From the NCBI GenBank assembly GCA_963677485.1, contig OY781964.1:5056001-5120000 (forward strand): a stretch of DNA of 64,000 nt, in the 5' to 3' direction. Below the pieces are notes generated by a model. The model searched no databases and was not told where the DNA came from. It was given only the letters and a program-made list of their open reading frames with translations. Of this stretch, positions 46,975 to 56,312 are shown piece after piece. Each line of letters begins with the position of its first letter. Position 1 is the stretch's first letter. Source of the stretch: Armatimonadota bacterium (lineage in GTDB: Bacteria > Armatimonadota > HRBIN16). Both the position numbers and the translations under genes were made by a program.

Positions 46975-48422
46975 GCCAGGTTGAGAACCGGTACAAAAGT
47001 GTAGTTTCAGGCCTCAAGTGGCTTACGTTGGCCTCTATTGGCGGCCGTATCATCACATTTGGGATGGGCATCATCCTTGCCCGTTATTACTTAACCCCTG
47101 CCCAGTTTGGTTTGGTCAACATGGCAGCGATCAGCGTGATGGCATTTGACCTGATCCGCGACTTTGGACTTGTAGAAGCGCTCCTCAAGCGTGAACAACT
47201 GAACGATGAAGCCGCAGATACTGCATTCTGGTTATTGACAGTTTTCGCATCAATGGCAGCCGCGGTAGTGATTATACTGGCTCCGCATATTGCCCAAGTA
47301 TTCCATGAACCCGCTCTGGCCAGTTATCTTTATGTCATGTGTCTGTCCTTGGTTACCAACGGGCTCGCGGCTGTGCCATTAGCCCTTCTTCAAAAGCAAG
47401 ACAGATGGAAGGCCTATGCCTCGGCAGATGCGGTCTTCGCCATTGCTGGTTCGGCCACAGTTCTGCTTTTAGCGATCATGGGGGCTCGCGAGTGGTCACT
47501 GGTGATTGGAATAGTGCTAAAGGGGATCATCCAAACATCGTATGCCTGGTGGCTGATAAAATGGCATCCAAAACTGAAGTTTTCGGTTAAAACAGCCAAA
47601 GAGATGCTCGGTTTCGGTAAATGGGTCACGGCGGTCCGGTTCCCTGACCTCTTCATGTATTTCGCGGACAACGCCTATTTGGGCCGATATGCCGGCAAAC
47701 AGAATCTGGGTTATTACTCTCAGCCTTATAACTGGATACAACAGCCGCTCACTCTATTTGTCAGCCAGGTTGGTAAGGCTCTATACCCCAACCTTGCGAA
47801 AAGCCATGATGACCTGGAACGAAGGGACCTGTTTTTAAAAAGCTATCAACTACTGTGTTGGCTCGTAGTTCCGTTGTATGCGTTTCTGGGATGTCATGCT
47901 CAACTATTTGTAGATGTCATCTACGGTCCAAAATGGGCGCCGTCAGGCAAGATACTGGTGTGGCTGTGTGCAGCAGCGACCGTAAGGGCGTTAACAGCCG
48001 ATGGTCTACAGGGTTACTTCTGGGCTAGCAACCGCGGCAAGCAATATGCCTGGCCGATATGGGTGTCCATTCTATTTATTTTTGGAGCCATGGTTTACAG
48101 CCAAGGAAAGTGGGATGGCCGACAGATCGCCATGCTGTTTACGGCCGGCATCAGCCTTCGGGGGATTATCAACCTGATGTTGTTAAGCACGAAATCGGTG
48201 AAGTTGACAGGTGCCACAGTACAGAAGCTGATGGTTGCATTCTGGCCATGTGCTTTATTGGCTTGGAGCTGTCATTATCTCGTTACACTTTATATCGCTA
48301 ACATGACACTACAGCTTATATCATCAATGATGTTGTATGGTGCAGGAATATTACTACTTTACGTAGGAATAACAAAGAAATTGGTCAAACTGTCTGTATC
48401 AAGACAGGATACTAATAGTTAA
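46971..48422 (+). CDS. Polysaccharide flippase (Wzx/WzxC, PST family)
   Basis: ILARYYLTPAQFGL, DFGL..AL, DNAYLGRY.G...LGYY motifs; ~12-14 TM helices. Confidence 0.88.
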   Translation: MSQVENRYKSVVSGLKWLTLASIGGRIITFGMGIILARYYLTPAQFGLVNMAAISVMAFDLIRDFGLVEALLKREQLNDEAADTAFWLLTVFASMAAAVVIILAPHIAQVFHEPALASYLYVMCLSLVTNGLAAVPLALLQKQDRWKAYASADAVFAIAGSATVLLLAIMGAREWSLVIGIVLKGIIQTSYAWWLIKWHPKLKFSVKTAKEMLGFGKWVTAVRFPDLFMYFADNAYLGRYAGKQNLGYYSQPYNWIQQPLTLFVSQVGKALYPNLAKSHDDLERRDLFLKSYQLLCWLVVPLYAFLGCHAQLFVDVIYGPKWAPSGKILVWLCAAATVRALTADGLQGYFWASNRGKQYAWPIWVSILFIFGAMVYSQGKWDGRQIAMLFTAGISLRGIINLMLLSTKSVKLTGATVQKLMVAFWPCALLAWSCHYLVTLYIANMTLQLISSMMLYGAGILLLYVGITKKLVKLSVSRQDTNS

Positions 48423-49144
48423 GCCTTCGCGAAATCGCCTATAATGATTTGCCTGGCGTGACAAAAAGGCCACATATTATATATCCTGCCAATGTAACAG
48501 GCCAGTATGTAAAGTGTCTTTCGCTGCCAAAAATATCTATATACCCCGCTAATTAAGCTCAACACCTCTACCCTAAATCCATTTTGTGTTGCCAGACGTC
48601 TCAACGTTTTGACGCTGTTCATTCGGTAATAAGTCTTGCTGTTGTCCCAGTCAGCTTTACGCAACAAAGCCCCAACCACAGCTCTGTGTGTCTGATGGTT
48701 GGTCAGTGCAGAGATCACCATTGCAGGATTATATATATTGGGAGTCCAGAATAGAAAATGGCCACCCGGCTTGAGCACCCGTCGAATCTCACTTAATGCG
48801 TGATCAGGGTTCCTAAAATGCTCGAGCACCCATGCTGCTATAACTATATCTACAGAGTTGTCATCTAACGGTATGTCCTCTACTGAGGCCACATGGAATT
48901 CGTCAATGTGCGGGTTGCTTTTTTTTTCCGGGTCAATGTCGATACCTACTACATGCACTCCAGATACATCCTGGCGTACTTTGTTGCTAACCCAACATTC
49001 AGCCCCACACCCTGCTTCTAGTATCACCGGGTGTTCTTTACCAGTCAAGTGTTTTCGGATTTGATTTTCGGCCAGGTCATGCCACTTAATATGGCCATAC
49101 GGCCTAACATTGTCCTCAATTTCGTTAACCCAGTAGCGTGTCAT
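48419..49144 (-). CDS. Class I SAM-dependent methyltransferase
   Basis: ILEAGCG, GIDID, LEH...RVLKPGG motifs. Confidence 0.9.
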   Translation of the reverse strand: MTRYWVNEIEDNVRPYGHIKWHDLAENQIRKHLTGKEHPVILEAGCGAECWVSNKVRQDVSGVHVVGIDIDPEKKSNPHIDEFHVASVEDIPLDDNSVDIVIAAWVLEHFRNPDHALSEIRRVLKPGGHFLFWTPNIYNPAMVISALTNHQTHRAVVGALLRKADWDNSKTYYRMNSVKTLRRLATQNGFRVEVLSLISGVYRYFWQRKTLYILACYIGRIYNMWPFCHARQIIIGDFAKA

Positions 49145-49338
49145 ATTGGCTATCCTTAATTCATGTCGGTATAAATGCAGGCCAGAAATGTCCTAATCGA
49201 GTAAGTAAGTCGCGTTTCAAACGGTGGTCCCGATTACCGCGCATATTTCAGTATACACAATGGGATATGCAAACGGGAGCACAATCTCACACTTCCGCGT
49301 ATACTAAAACAGTGTATTTATAACCCCTGGAGGCATGT

Positions 49339-50910
49339 GTGGCTCACCTCTTTCGCAAACCTTTGACGATAATCGATACGCTCACCAGCCGCTGGTTAAG
49401 AATCAACGAAGCATGGTATGAGTTCTTCACGTTGGAAAAACGTGTAAGCATTTTCACATCGATTGTCACACTCATCATAGGCCTTGTTGTCTATTTATGG
49501 TTCCGCCAACCTTTCACTGGAGCCATAGATATCACTCTGCTCATGCCTCTGTTCATCGCAAGTGTTATCGTCGTATTCAATGCAGGCTTATTGCTAGTAT
49601 TGCTGCTAATATTGTATGACACCCTGATATCATCTCTTGCGTCAAACATGTTAACAGTTTCTGCCTTCAGTTCGATGACTGTACCTTACCTCATCATCAT
49701 CGCCTCTGCGCTTTTCATGGTTGCCCGCTGCTTGTGTGTATCTTCCAATAATCGTGCATTACTACTCTCACCCATCACCAAAGGCTTGGCCTTCATGCTG
49801 TTCACGACTGTGTTTATCGGTTTAGTCTATCATGTAAAACTCGACAACCAATCGCCAAGTTCATTGGTAACTATGACCGCCTGGCTCTGTTATTTCATCG
49901 TCATAACCGGTATCACATCCAAATTCAGCCACGTAGCTCTGTCGGTGTCGATATTCGTCATCAGTGTGATAGTGGCTCTAGCAACAATAATACAAAGCTA
50001 TTTTGGTATCGATCATTATCTGTTCTTGAAACTAGCAGCACGCGACACCCGTATTGAACAACTTGACGGAATCACCCGCGTCATTCCACAAGGATATCTG
50101 CTGTTTTTCACGATGATTCATGTAAGCTGGCATATGTTTTTGACTACCGATTCCTTTATCAAACGATGGGGATGGGGTCTAGCGTTATGTATTTTCATCG
50201 GGGCTATGATCGTCACGATGTTCAGAAATATGTGGGTCATTGGCGGCATACTCATGGTCGTTCAGTTCATGATCGTGTCCACAAACCAGCGTATTCGCTC
50301 GATACCGTATTTATTAGGGATATCAATCGTACTTTTTGGCACTCTTTCGGTAGCGTTGTCCTCATCAGGCTCATTCAACCCAGTGCAAGCCATAGAAAAG
50401 CGCTTGTCGGAAACAAAGGACCTTAGTCTTGTAGACAGCAGCAGTAGCCTCGGAAGCCGGGTCGATGAGATCACACAGATAAGCGAAATGTGGGTAAGCA
50501 GCCCCCTGGTAGGTATCGGCTGGGGCAAGGGTTACCAGTCCCGTGGGGAGGTGGATCCTTTGTTTGCCACCTTTAAGATCACCCAGAGCTTCTACATCCA
50601 CAACACCTTGTGGTGGTTCCTTGGCAAGAGTGGAATACTAGGGCTCATCGGCCTATTGACCTTTTGGACTATGTCGCTACTCAGGTGCTGGCATATAGCT
50701 AAGACAACAAAACACGTATACACGAAAAATCTTGTGACTGCCTTGGGTTTTGCTTTTGCATCAATCTGCATCTCTTCTATGTTCCATCCCTATTTTTCGG
50801 CTGGACCTGACTTGATCCTACCGATCGCGTTATTATTGGGATTTGTAGAGATTCAGAACTTGATGACGAAAGACATTGACACTGAGACGTCGGCAAAGAT
50901 AGCGGCCTAA
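49339..50910 (+). CDS. O-antigen ligase/polymerase (WaaL/Wzy_C) family protein
   Basis: Multi-TM; TMFRN, S...R...W.SSPLVGIGWG and HNTLWWFLGKSGILGL motifs. Confidence 0.82.
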   Translation: MAHLFRKPLTIIDTLTSRWLRINEAWYEFFTLEKRVSIFTSIVTLIIGLVVYLWFRQPFTGAIDITLLMPLFIASVIVVFNAGLLLVLLLILYDTLISSLASNMLTVSAFSSMTVPYLIIIASALFMVARCLCVSSNNRALLLSPITKGLAFMLFTTVFIGLVYHVKLDNQSPSSLVTMTAWLCYFIVITGITSKFSHVALSVSIFVISVIVALATIIQSYFGIDHYLFLKLAARDTRIEQLDGITRVIPQGYLLFFTMIHVSWHMFLTTDSFIKRWGWGLALCIFIGAMIVTMFRNMWVIGGILMVVQFMIVSTNQRIRSIPYLLGISIVLFGTLSVALSSSGSFNPVQAIEKRLSETKDLSLVDSSSSLGSRVDEITQISEMWVSSPLVGIGWGKGYQSRGEVDPLFATFKITQSFYIHNTLWWFLGKSGILGLIGLLTFWTMSLLRCWHIAKTTKHVYTKNLVTALGFAFASICISSMFHPYFSAGPDLILPIALLLGFVEIQNLMTKDIDTETSAKIAA

Positions 50911-50918
50911 AAATACAA

Positions 50919-50994
50919 TGGTGAGCCGGCAGGGACTCGAACCCTGGACCCACGCCTTAAAAGGGCGTTGCTCTACCAACTGAGCTACCGGCTC
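50919..50994 (-). tRNA. tRNA-Lys (UUU)
   Basis: GAGCCGG acceptor stem, anticodon arm ACGCC-CTTTTAA-GGCGT, GGTTCGAG T-loop, encoded CCA. Confidence 0.97.
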
Positions 50995-51035
50995 ACAAAA
51001 GAAATTATACCAAACGGGAGCTTCTACTGCAACTG

Positions 51036-53003
51036 ATGCGACTTCACCACGTTCTCACAGTCATCGCCGCATTGATTATCGGCACGACTGCATGCCTTCC
51101 GACCCTAAGCCAATCGCAACCGAAGCATCCAAAATCTGTAGTCGTATTATGCAACTTCGAGCTGGCCGATATACCTCAGCGATATGTGTCACATTTGCAT
51201 CTTGCCTATATTATGAGCCGAACCGCTTCACCCACTAACTGGGCTGGAGACTACAACTCATTCCCTGAACTCTGGACCAAAAGCGCGTTACTCACCATCA
51301 ACTCTGGCAACAGGTTGAGTACTGTCGCAAAGAGAATCATCACAGCCGACGACATCAAGCGGGGAAATGCGCGCCTTATCTATACGTGGCGTCTTGGAGT
51401 GCTGGCGGATTCAATATCCAAATCAGGATCATCACTCACTACCTGGGATATCCACCCTAAACAGACTGCATCATTGTTAGCACTAGGTTCTAATAGCACA
51501 CACTACTCTCTTCCAGCCTCTACGACTTCCCACGACGCCTTGGAGCAAGCGATCACCAATTCGAAACCCGGCTTGGTCGTGTTTTCACCGCGAAATGCCG
51601 ACCGCCATCACTGGACTGAACTGCTCCCTCAACTAGAAGATGCGCTCCGCACTAAGGCCATAGACAGCTATGTGCTTTTGCGGCCCGTAGGGTCGGTATC
51701 TGACGGTGATATAGGTGTAGGTGCTGGAATAGTCGCCGTGCGCTATTCAGGCGCGAATTCGGGGCTTCTGCACTCACGTGCTACTAAGATCACCGGCTAT
51801 GTCACACTGTCAGATATCACTGCCCTGTTTTGCCACCTTGCGGGAGCAAAAGCTCACGATCCAACCTATACGGGCTTGGTACCTCAACCCGTCAGTACAC
51901 CCTACTCAATTCAAAAGCTGGGACGACTGCATGGCAATATGTCGGGCCAACATGAGTGGGAGCGTCTTATAGGCAATCTACCAAGCCTGCAGTTTGCCAT
52001 GCTATTATGTGCCATCATATGCTCAGCATTAGGATTTCATACGGCCAAGCGGTTGCTATCAATATGGCCATATTCGATTCCCCTGCTTGGCCTAACTGTG
52101 GGCTCAGCCTGCATCATGGGACACTGGCCTATTTGGGTCGGAGCACTCATATGGGTTGTACTTACTGTGTTGATGATCGCTTGGAGCATGCGCTGCAGTT
52201 CCCTGAGCTTCTCCACCCAATGCAGCATATTCGTGATTACACTCATCACAGTCGCATTGGCCATCTGGCCCGACTTGATGCGTTGGACCGGATTTGGATA
52301 CAGCCCGCAAGAGGGATCCAGATACTACGGGATAGGCAATGAACTAGAGGGACTGACCACCGGGGCGGTCGCCATCATCGCATATCGATACCCCAAAATC
52401 GCAGTCGCTATGATGGTCATCTGGATTGGTATTTCAGGAATGCCTTCACTTGGAGCCGACGTCGGTGCAGTATTAGGAACTGCTGCCATGATGGCAGCAT
52501 ATATCTTTCTACACCAGTGGTCTAAAGGGCACAAGCGGTTGGCAATTGGTGGGGTCAGCATGATGTGCATACTAGTGGTGCTGATTGCCGCATTTTCCTA
52601 TTTCATAGCACCCGATTCGCATATCGGCGAGTTTCTGCACGATCCGTCAAGCTGGGCTATGACTTTCACACGTAAGTGGGCTATGAATATGAAGCTGCTG
52701 CAGTATAGCCCCTGGTCGCTATTGATGTGGATATCGCTCGCGTTGATGTTGGGGCTTCCGATTTGGATGTGGGCAGGCGTATTAGCCCTTTTCTTCCTCA
52801 ACGACTCCGGTGTGATTGCTGCAGCCACCATGGCGAGCTGGCTAGGAGTCTGGCATCTAAATGATCAGACAGTTAAGGGGCCTATATCCCGGTGGGGTGA
52901 TTTAGGAATACGACTTCGAGATGCATTAGCGCAGCAAGTAGATTTCCAAGGGCACGCACACCGAAAGTCTCAGTCTGATAATGTCCGCCTAAAAGAAGAC
53001 TGA
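51036..53003 (+). CDS. Uncharacterised polytopic membrane protein (GxRxYGxGNE ... NDSG family)
   Basis: Signal peptide, soluble N-terminal domain, ~9-10 TM helices; paralog of 53621-55423. Confidence 0.75.
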   Translation: MRLHHVLTVIAALIIGTTACLPTLSQSQPKHPKSVVVLCNFELADIPQRYVSHLHLAYIMSRTASPTNWAGDYNSFPELWTKSALLTINSGNRLSTVAKRIITADDIKRGNARLIYTWRLGVLADSISKSGSSLTTWDIHPKQTASLLALGSNSTHYSLPASTTSHDALEQAITNSKPGLVVFSPRNADRHHWTELLPQLEDALRTKAIDSYVLLRPVGSVSDGDIGVGAGIVAVRYSGANSGLLHSRATKITGYVTLSDITALFCHLAGAKAHDPTYTGLVPQPVSTPYSIQKLGRLHGNMSGQHEWERLIGNLPSLQFAMLLCAIICSALGFHTAKRLLSIWPYSIPLLGLTVGSACIMGHWPIWVGALIWVVLTVLMIAWSMRCSSLSFSTQCSIFVITLITVALAIWPDLMRWTGFGYSPQEGSRYYGIGNELEGLTTGAVAIIAYRYPKIAVAMMVIWIGISGMPSLGADVGAVLGTAAMMAAYIFLHQWSKGHKRLAIGGVSMMCILVVLIAAFSYFIAPDSHIGEFLHDPSSWAMTFTRKWAMNMKLLQYSPWSLLMWISLALMLGLPIWMWAGVLALFFLNDSGVIAAATMASWLGVWHLNDQTVKGPISRWGDLGIRLRDALAQQVDFQGHAHRKSQSDNVRLKED

Positions 53004-53634
53004 CACCTAACTCCTCAGCATCCAGTGCCTGATGATGCGCGGCCTCACCGGTCAATAGTGCCTGGCAGCCCTTCAGGCGGGCTTCCGTCAGTGCATCTGC
53101 GCCTCCACCAGAACATATCGCCAGCCTGCTGACTGCCAGGCCATTATCGGCATGAACAGTCACAGGCAGCCCCATCGCCGACAACCTGGCGGTCAAGTCA
53201 ACCATAGAGAGTTCTGGAACCTCAACAATCACTCCTATTTTGGTACCCGCGTATTCATAAAGCTCTTCCGCTATTGGGAAACCTAATGCACGGCCAATCT
53301 GCACATTGTTGCCTACCTCAGGGTGCCGGTCAAGTGGTAAATGAACGGCATAAATGTTCATGTCGTTCTTTATCACCGGGATCAAGCGTCGTGCTGAACG
53401 ATCGGTGATAGGAATAGTATTTGACCAGAATACTCCGTGGTGAACCAGCAGCATATCAGCTTTAGCCTCAATAGCTTGCCGAACTGTGGCCTCGCAGAAG
53501 TCAACAGCCACGGCCACACGATGAATGTTTTGCTTACCTTCAATCTGAAGGCCATTAAACGCATTGGGGTAATCACCGACACTGTCTATTGCTAGATAGT
53601 CGTTGAGCCAGCTTACCAGTTCATCCCTGATCAT
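52882..53634 (-). CDS. Nif3-like dinuclear metal centre hexameric protein
   Basis: NGLQIEG, VHHG, HLPLDRHPEVGNN, TGE and GHYQTE motifs. Confidence 0.93.
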   Translation of the reverse strand: MIRDELVSWLNDYLAIDSVGDYPNAFNGLQIEGKQNIHRVAVAVDFCEATVRQAIEAKADMLLVHHGVFWSNTIPITDRSARRLIPVIKNDMNIYAVHLPLDRHPEVGNNVQIGRALGFPIAEELYEYAGTKIGVIVEVPELSMVDLTARLSAMGLPVTVHADNGLAVSRLAICSGGGADALTEARLKGCQALLTGEAAHHQALDAEELGVSLLLGGHYQTETFGVRALGNLLAALMHLEVVFLNHPTGI

Positions 53635-55423
53635 TCGGTGTCAGCCCTCCATCAGATTGCAACAGTAGCGCGTAGATCATCACACACGCCATGATGATCA
53701 CAGCAGGCACGATGCCAGAGTCATTAAATACCAAAGCAGGGACACTTGCGAAACCGCCGATTTGAACCCAACCAAGATACTGCGACGCTCGTTCTGGTGT
53801 GGTGTGCTGCCGCATCCTGTGGGTGCTGTACCACAGCACTATGACAAATCCCGCAATACTGAGCATACCAAAAGGCATTGTCACGATTTGTATAAATAGA
53901 TGCAGTTTGCTCGTAAACATGGTGACTATGGCGTTCTGACCGAGCAGTGAAGCCCGAATGGCCGCTTCGCCCATGTGGGTAGGAGAAGGCATCATACTGT
54001 CAATAAGCATCGGCCACGGAACCATAATCAAGGCGGAGGCGAGTCCTGCTGCCAGCGCCAATCCGTAGCCGATCTTCCGTTTATAAATGGTTTGACCAAA
54101 TAAACTGAGCGAAATTATAGCAGCCACACAAGTAGCGAAACCGCCCAGGTTCGCTCCCCACGCTCCTGCAGCAAATATAACCGCCAGCAACGCCAGCAGT
54201 ATGGTGGCCATGCGCTTATCACCGGACAAGGATATCATCATCAGGCACCCACCGACTAGAATGCCCATGAACTCATTTCCGACCCCATATAGGCGGATAC
54301 CCGTCAAAACATAACTGCTGATAACCGATGTGAATACCCATTCATATCCCAGCAGAGCCGCGACGGACACGTAACAGATCGTAAGTAGCATCACCAGCCT
54401 GACCGCAGCCCAGGCTTTTAACCTCACGGCGACACAACACAACACCCCCCCGAGTAAACATGAAGCCAACAGCAACAAGCCAGACCGGTCTCCTTGATAC
54501 AAACCCGTGACGATCCAGCGCCCAAGTTCGCAGGTCGCCAGCGGCAACATGGCTAGACCTGCAGCGAAAACCGCCCTTGGCTTCCCCAACCCCCTGATTG
54601 TCGTGGATTTAGCTAAACAACTCCCGATCAACAAGATGCAGGCGATAGCCGCCACCACTCCAACCCATACGATCAAATACTCATTAACGGTGCATAGTCG
54701 GATGATCCGTTCACACCGGCTACGTGAGGTCACAGCATCTGCTGGAACCACAGACCATCGATGGGCCAGGCGTTCTGGAGTAATGCCTAACAGGGACAAC
54801 ACCGAGCCACGAATATCCGTATCACGCAAGACACCGATATTACGGCTGGTAGAAGATGTCAGTAGCCCCGATGTCCGCCCTCCGATATACGCCAGCGACA
54901 ATATGGATGATCCGGTTTTGGGACCGCATATCACGACCATCGAATCCCCATTGGAATGCAAATAACTCATGACCGATGTCACTGCACGACGATCATTTCC
55001 GGCAAATACAAACAGTCTTGTTGGGTGCGCTTGAGGGCTCTCCCCCCATAGCCTGGACTTTTCTGTGAATAGCCAACCGATACCGGCCTTCTCTAAAAGT
55101 TGGGGGGTGGGCTCTACGACAAGCTTCGCCATCTGGTCTCGGTATTTTTGTGGATCACTGCCCGATAGACCACGCAGGCCGCTATACAATACACCTTCCA
55201 ACCAAACCATGTCATGGTTACGTGGTGTCGACATGATCGCCATTCCAGTTTTCCATCCGTGCTGCTCTGCATACTGAACAACCGGATAGACATCGGATAG
55301 TTTCTCGCTATAAATCCTAACAACGACAACACGACCATCAGATGCTACGGGAGCACCAAATGACCGTGTTTGAAATAACGTCGCTGCCATCAATATGACG
55401 GCGATGACTGAGGCTACGCGCAA
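53621..55423 (-). CDS. Uncharacterised polytopic membrane protein (GxRxYGxGNE ... NDSG family)
   Basis: Signal peptide, soluble domain, GIRLYGVGNE, GANLGG, THMG and FNDSG; overlaps the ends of argB and nif3. Confidence 0.75.
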   Translation of the reverse strand: MRVASVIAVILMAATLFQTRSFGAPVASDGRVVVVRIYSEKLSDVYPVVQYAEQHGWKTGMAIMSTPRNHDMVWLEGVLYSGLRGLSGSDPQKYRDQMAKLVVEPTPQLLEKAGIGWLFTEKSRLWGESPQAHPTRLFVFAGNDRRAVTSVMSYLHSNGDSMVVICGPKTGSSILSLAYIGGRTSGLLTSSTSRNIGVLRDTDIRGSVLSLLGITPERLAHRWSVVPADAVTSRSRCERIIRLCTVNEYLIVWVGVVAAIACILLIGSCLAKSTTIRGLGKPRAVFAAGLAMLPLATCELGRWIVTGLYQGDRSGLLLLASCLLGGVLCCVAVRLKAWAAVRLVMLLTICYVSVAALLGYEWVFTSVISSYVLTGIRLYGVGNEFMGILVGGCLMMISLSGDKRMATILLALLAVIFAAGAWGANLGGFATCVAAIISLSLFGQTIYKRKIGYGLALAAGLASALIMVPWPMLIDSMMPSPTHMGEAAIRASLLGQNAIVTMFTSKLHLFIQIVTMPFGMLSIAGFVIVLWYSTHRMRQHTTPERASQYLGWVQIGGFASVPALVFNDSGIVPAVIIMACVMIYALLLQSDGGLTPNDQG

Positions 55424-56271
55424 AGCATAGTGCCTACGCCGCCGACGGTAAATACCTCACCCAATATGGCATGGGGCACACGTCCATCAATGATGTGGGC
55501 ACTCTTGACCCCGCCTTCCAAGGCGATGATGCAGCTTTGTAACTTAGGCCCCATTCCACTGCCGGCTTGTCCTGAATCCACGATCTGCTTTGCTTCGGCC
55601 AAACTCATCTGAGAAACCAGTGTTGAGGGGTCATCTTTATCTTGGTAATAGCCAGCCACATCGGTCATAGTGATCAGCTTTTCTGCATGTAAAGCTGCTG
55701 CTATCGCTCCAGCGGCGTGATCAGCGTTAACGTTGTAGCTGTTTCCGTCTAATCCTATCGCGACCGAAGAAACCACAGGTAGATAGCCCGCATTCGTTAA
55801 CACAGTCAAGACCTCTGGGTTCACCTTGGTCACTTCGCCAACAAATCCAATATCTGTGCCATCAGGTGACAGTTTTTCGGCAATCAGTAGATTACCGTCT
55901 TTCCCACTCAGGCCCACCGCTTTACCACCGGCGGCATGTACTAAAGAAACAATACCCTTATTGGTGGTACCGGCTAATACCATCTCCACCACTTCCATCG
56001 TCGCGGCATCGGTGATTCGCAATCCTTTAGCAAATCGCGGTTCTATACCGATCTGCCTCAGTTTCTCCGAAACCTCCTTGCCGCCTCCATGAACAAGCAC
56101 GATGTTGACGCCTACAGTCAAGAGTAAGACTATGTCCTGCATCACCATGGCCTTTAGATTGTCATCAACCATGGCAGCTCCACCGTATTTCACGACGAAG
56201 GTCTTACCCTGCCACTGTTTGATATAGGGAAGTGCCTCTGTCAGCACTGTCACATCCATCATTGATATCAA
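55414..56271 (-). CDS. argB: Acetylglutamate kinase
   Basis: EALPYI, VKYGG, VHGGG, GLRITD, NVNAD and GMGPK motifs. Confidence 0.96.
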   Translation of the reverse strand: MISMMDVTVLTEALPYIKQWQGKTFVVKYGGAAMVDDNLKAMVMQDIVLLLTVGVNIVLVHGGGKEVSEKLRQIGIEPRFAKGLRITDAATMEVVEMVLAGTTNKGIVSLVHAAGGKAVGLSGKDGNLLIAEKLSPDGTDIGFVGEVTKVNPEVLTVLTNAGYLPVVSSVAIGLDGNSYNVNADHAAGAIAAALHAEKLITMTDVAGYYQDKDDPSTLVSQMSLAEAKQIVDSGQAGSGMGPKLQSCIIALEGGVKSAHIIDGRVPHAILGEVFTVGGVGTMLCA

Positions 56272-56312
56272 TATCCTTGTCTGTTGTATTTACGAATGCA
56301 TCTATCTGTAAT

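Noticed and set aside
46971-50994. tRNA-Lys-anchored genomic island
   Set aside because: No integrase, and no duplicated tRNA 3' end (att site) was spotted.
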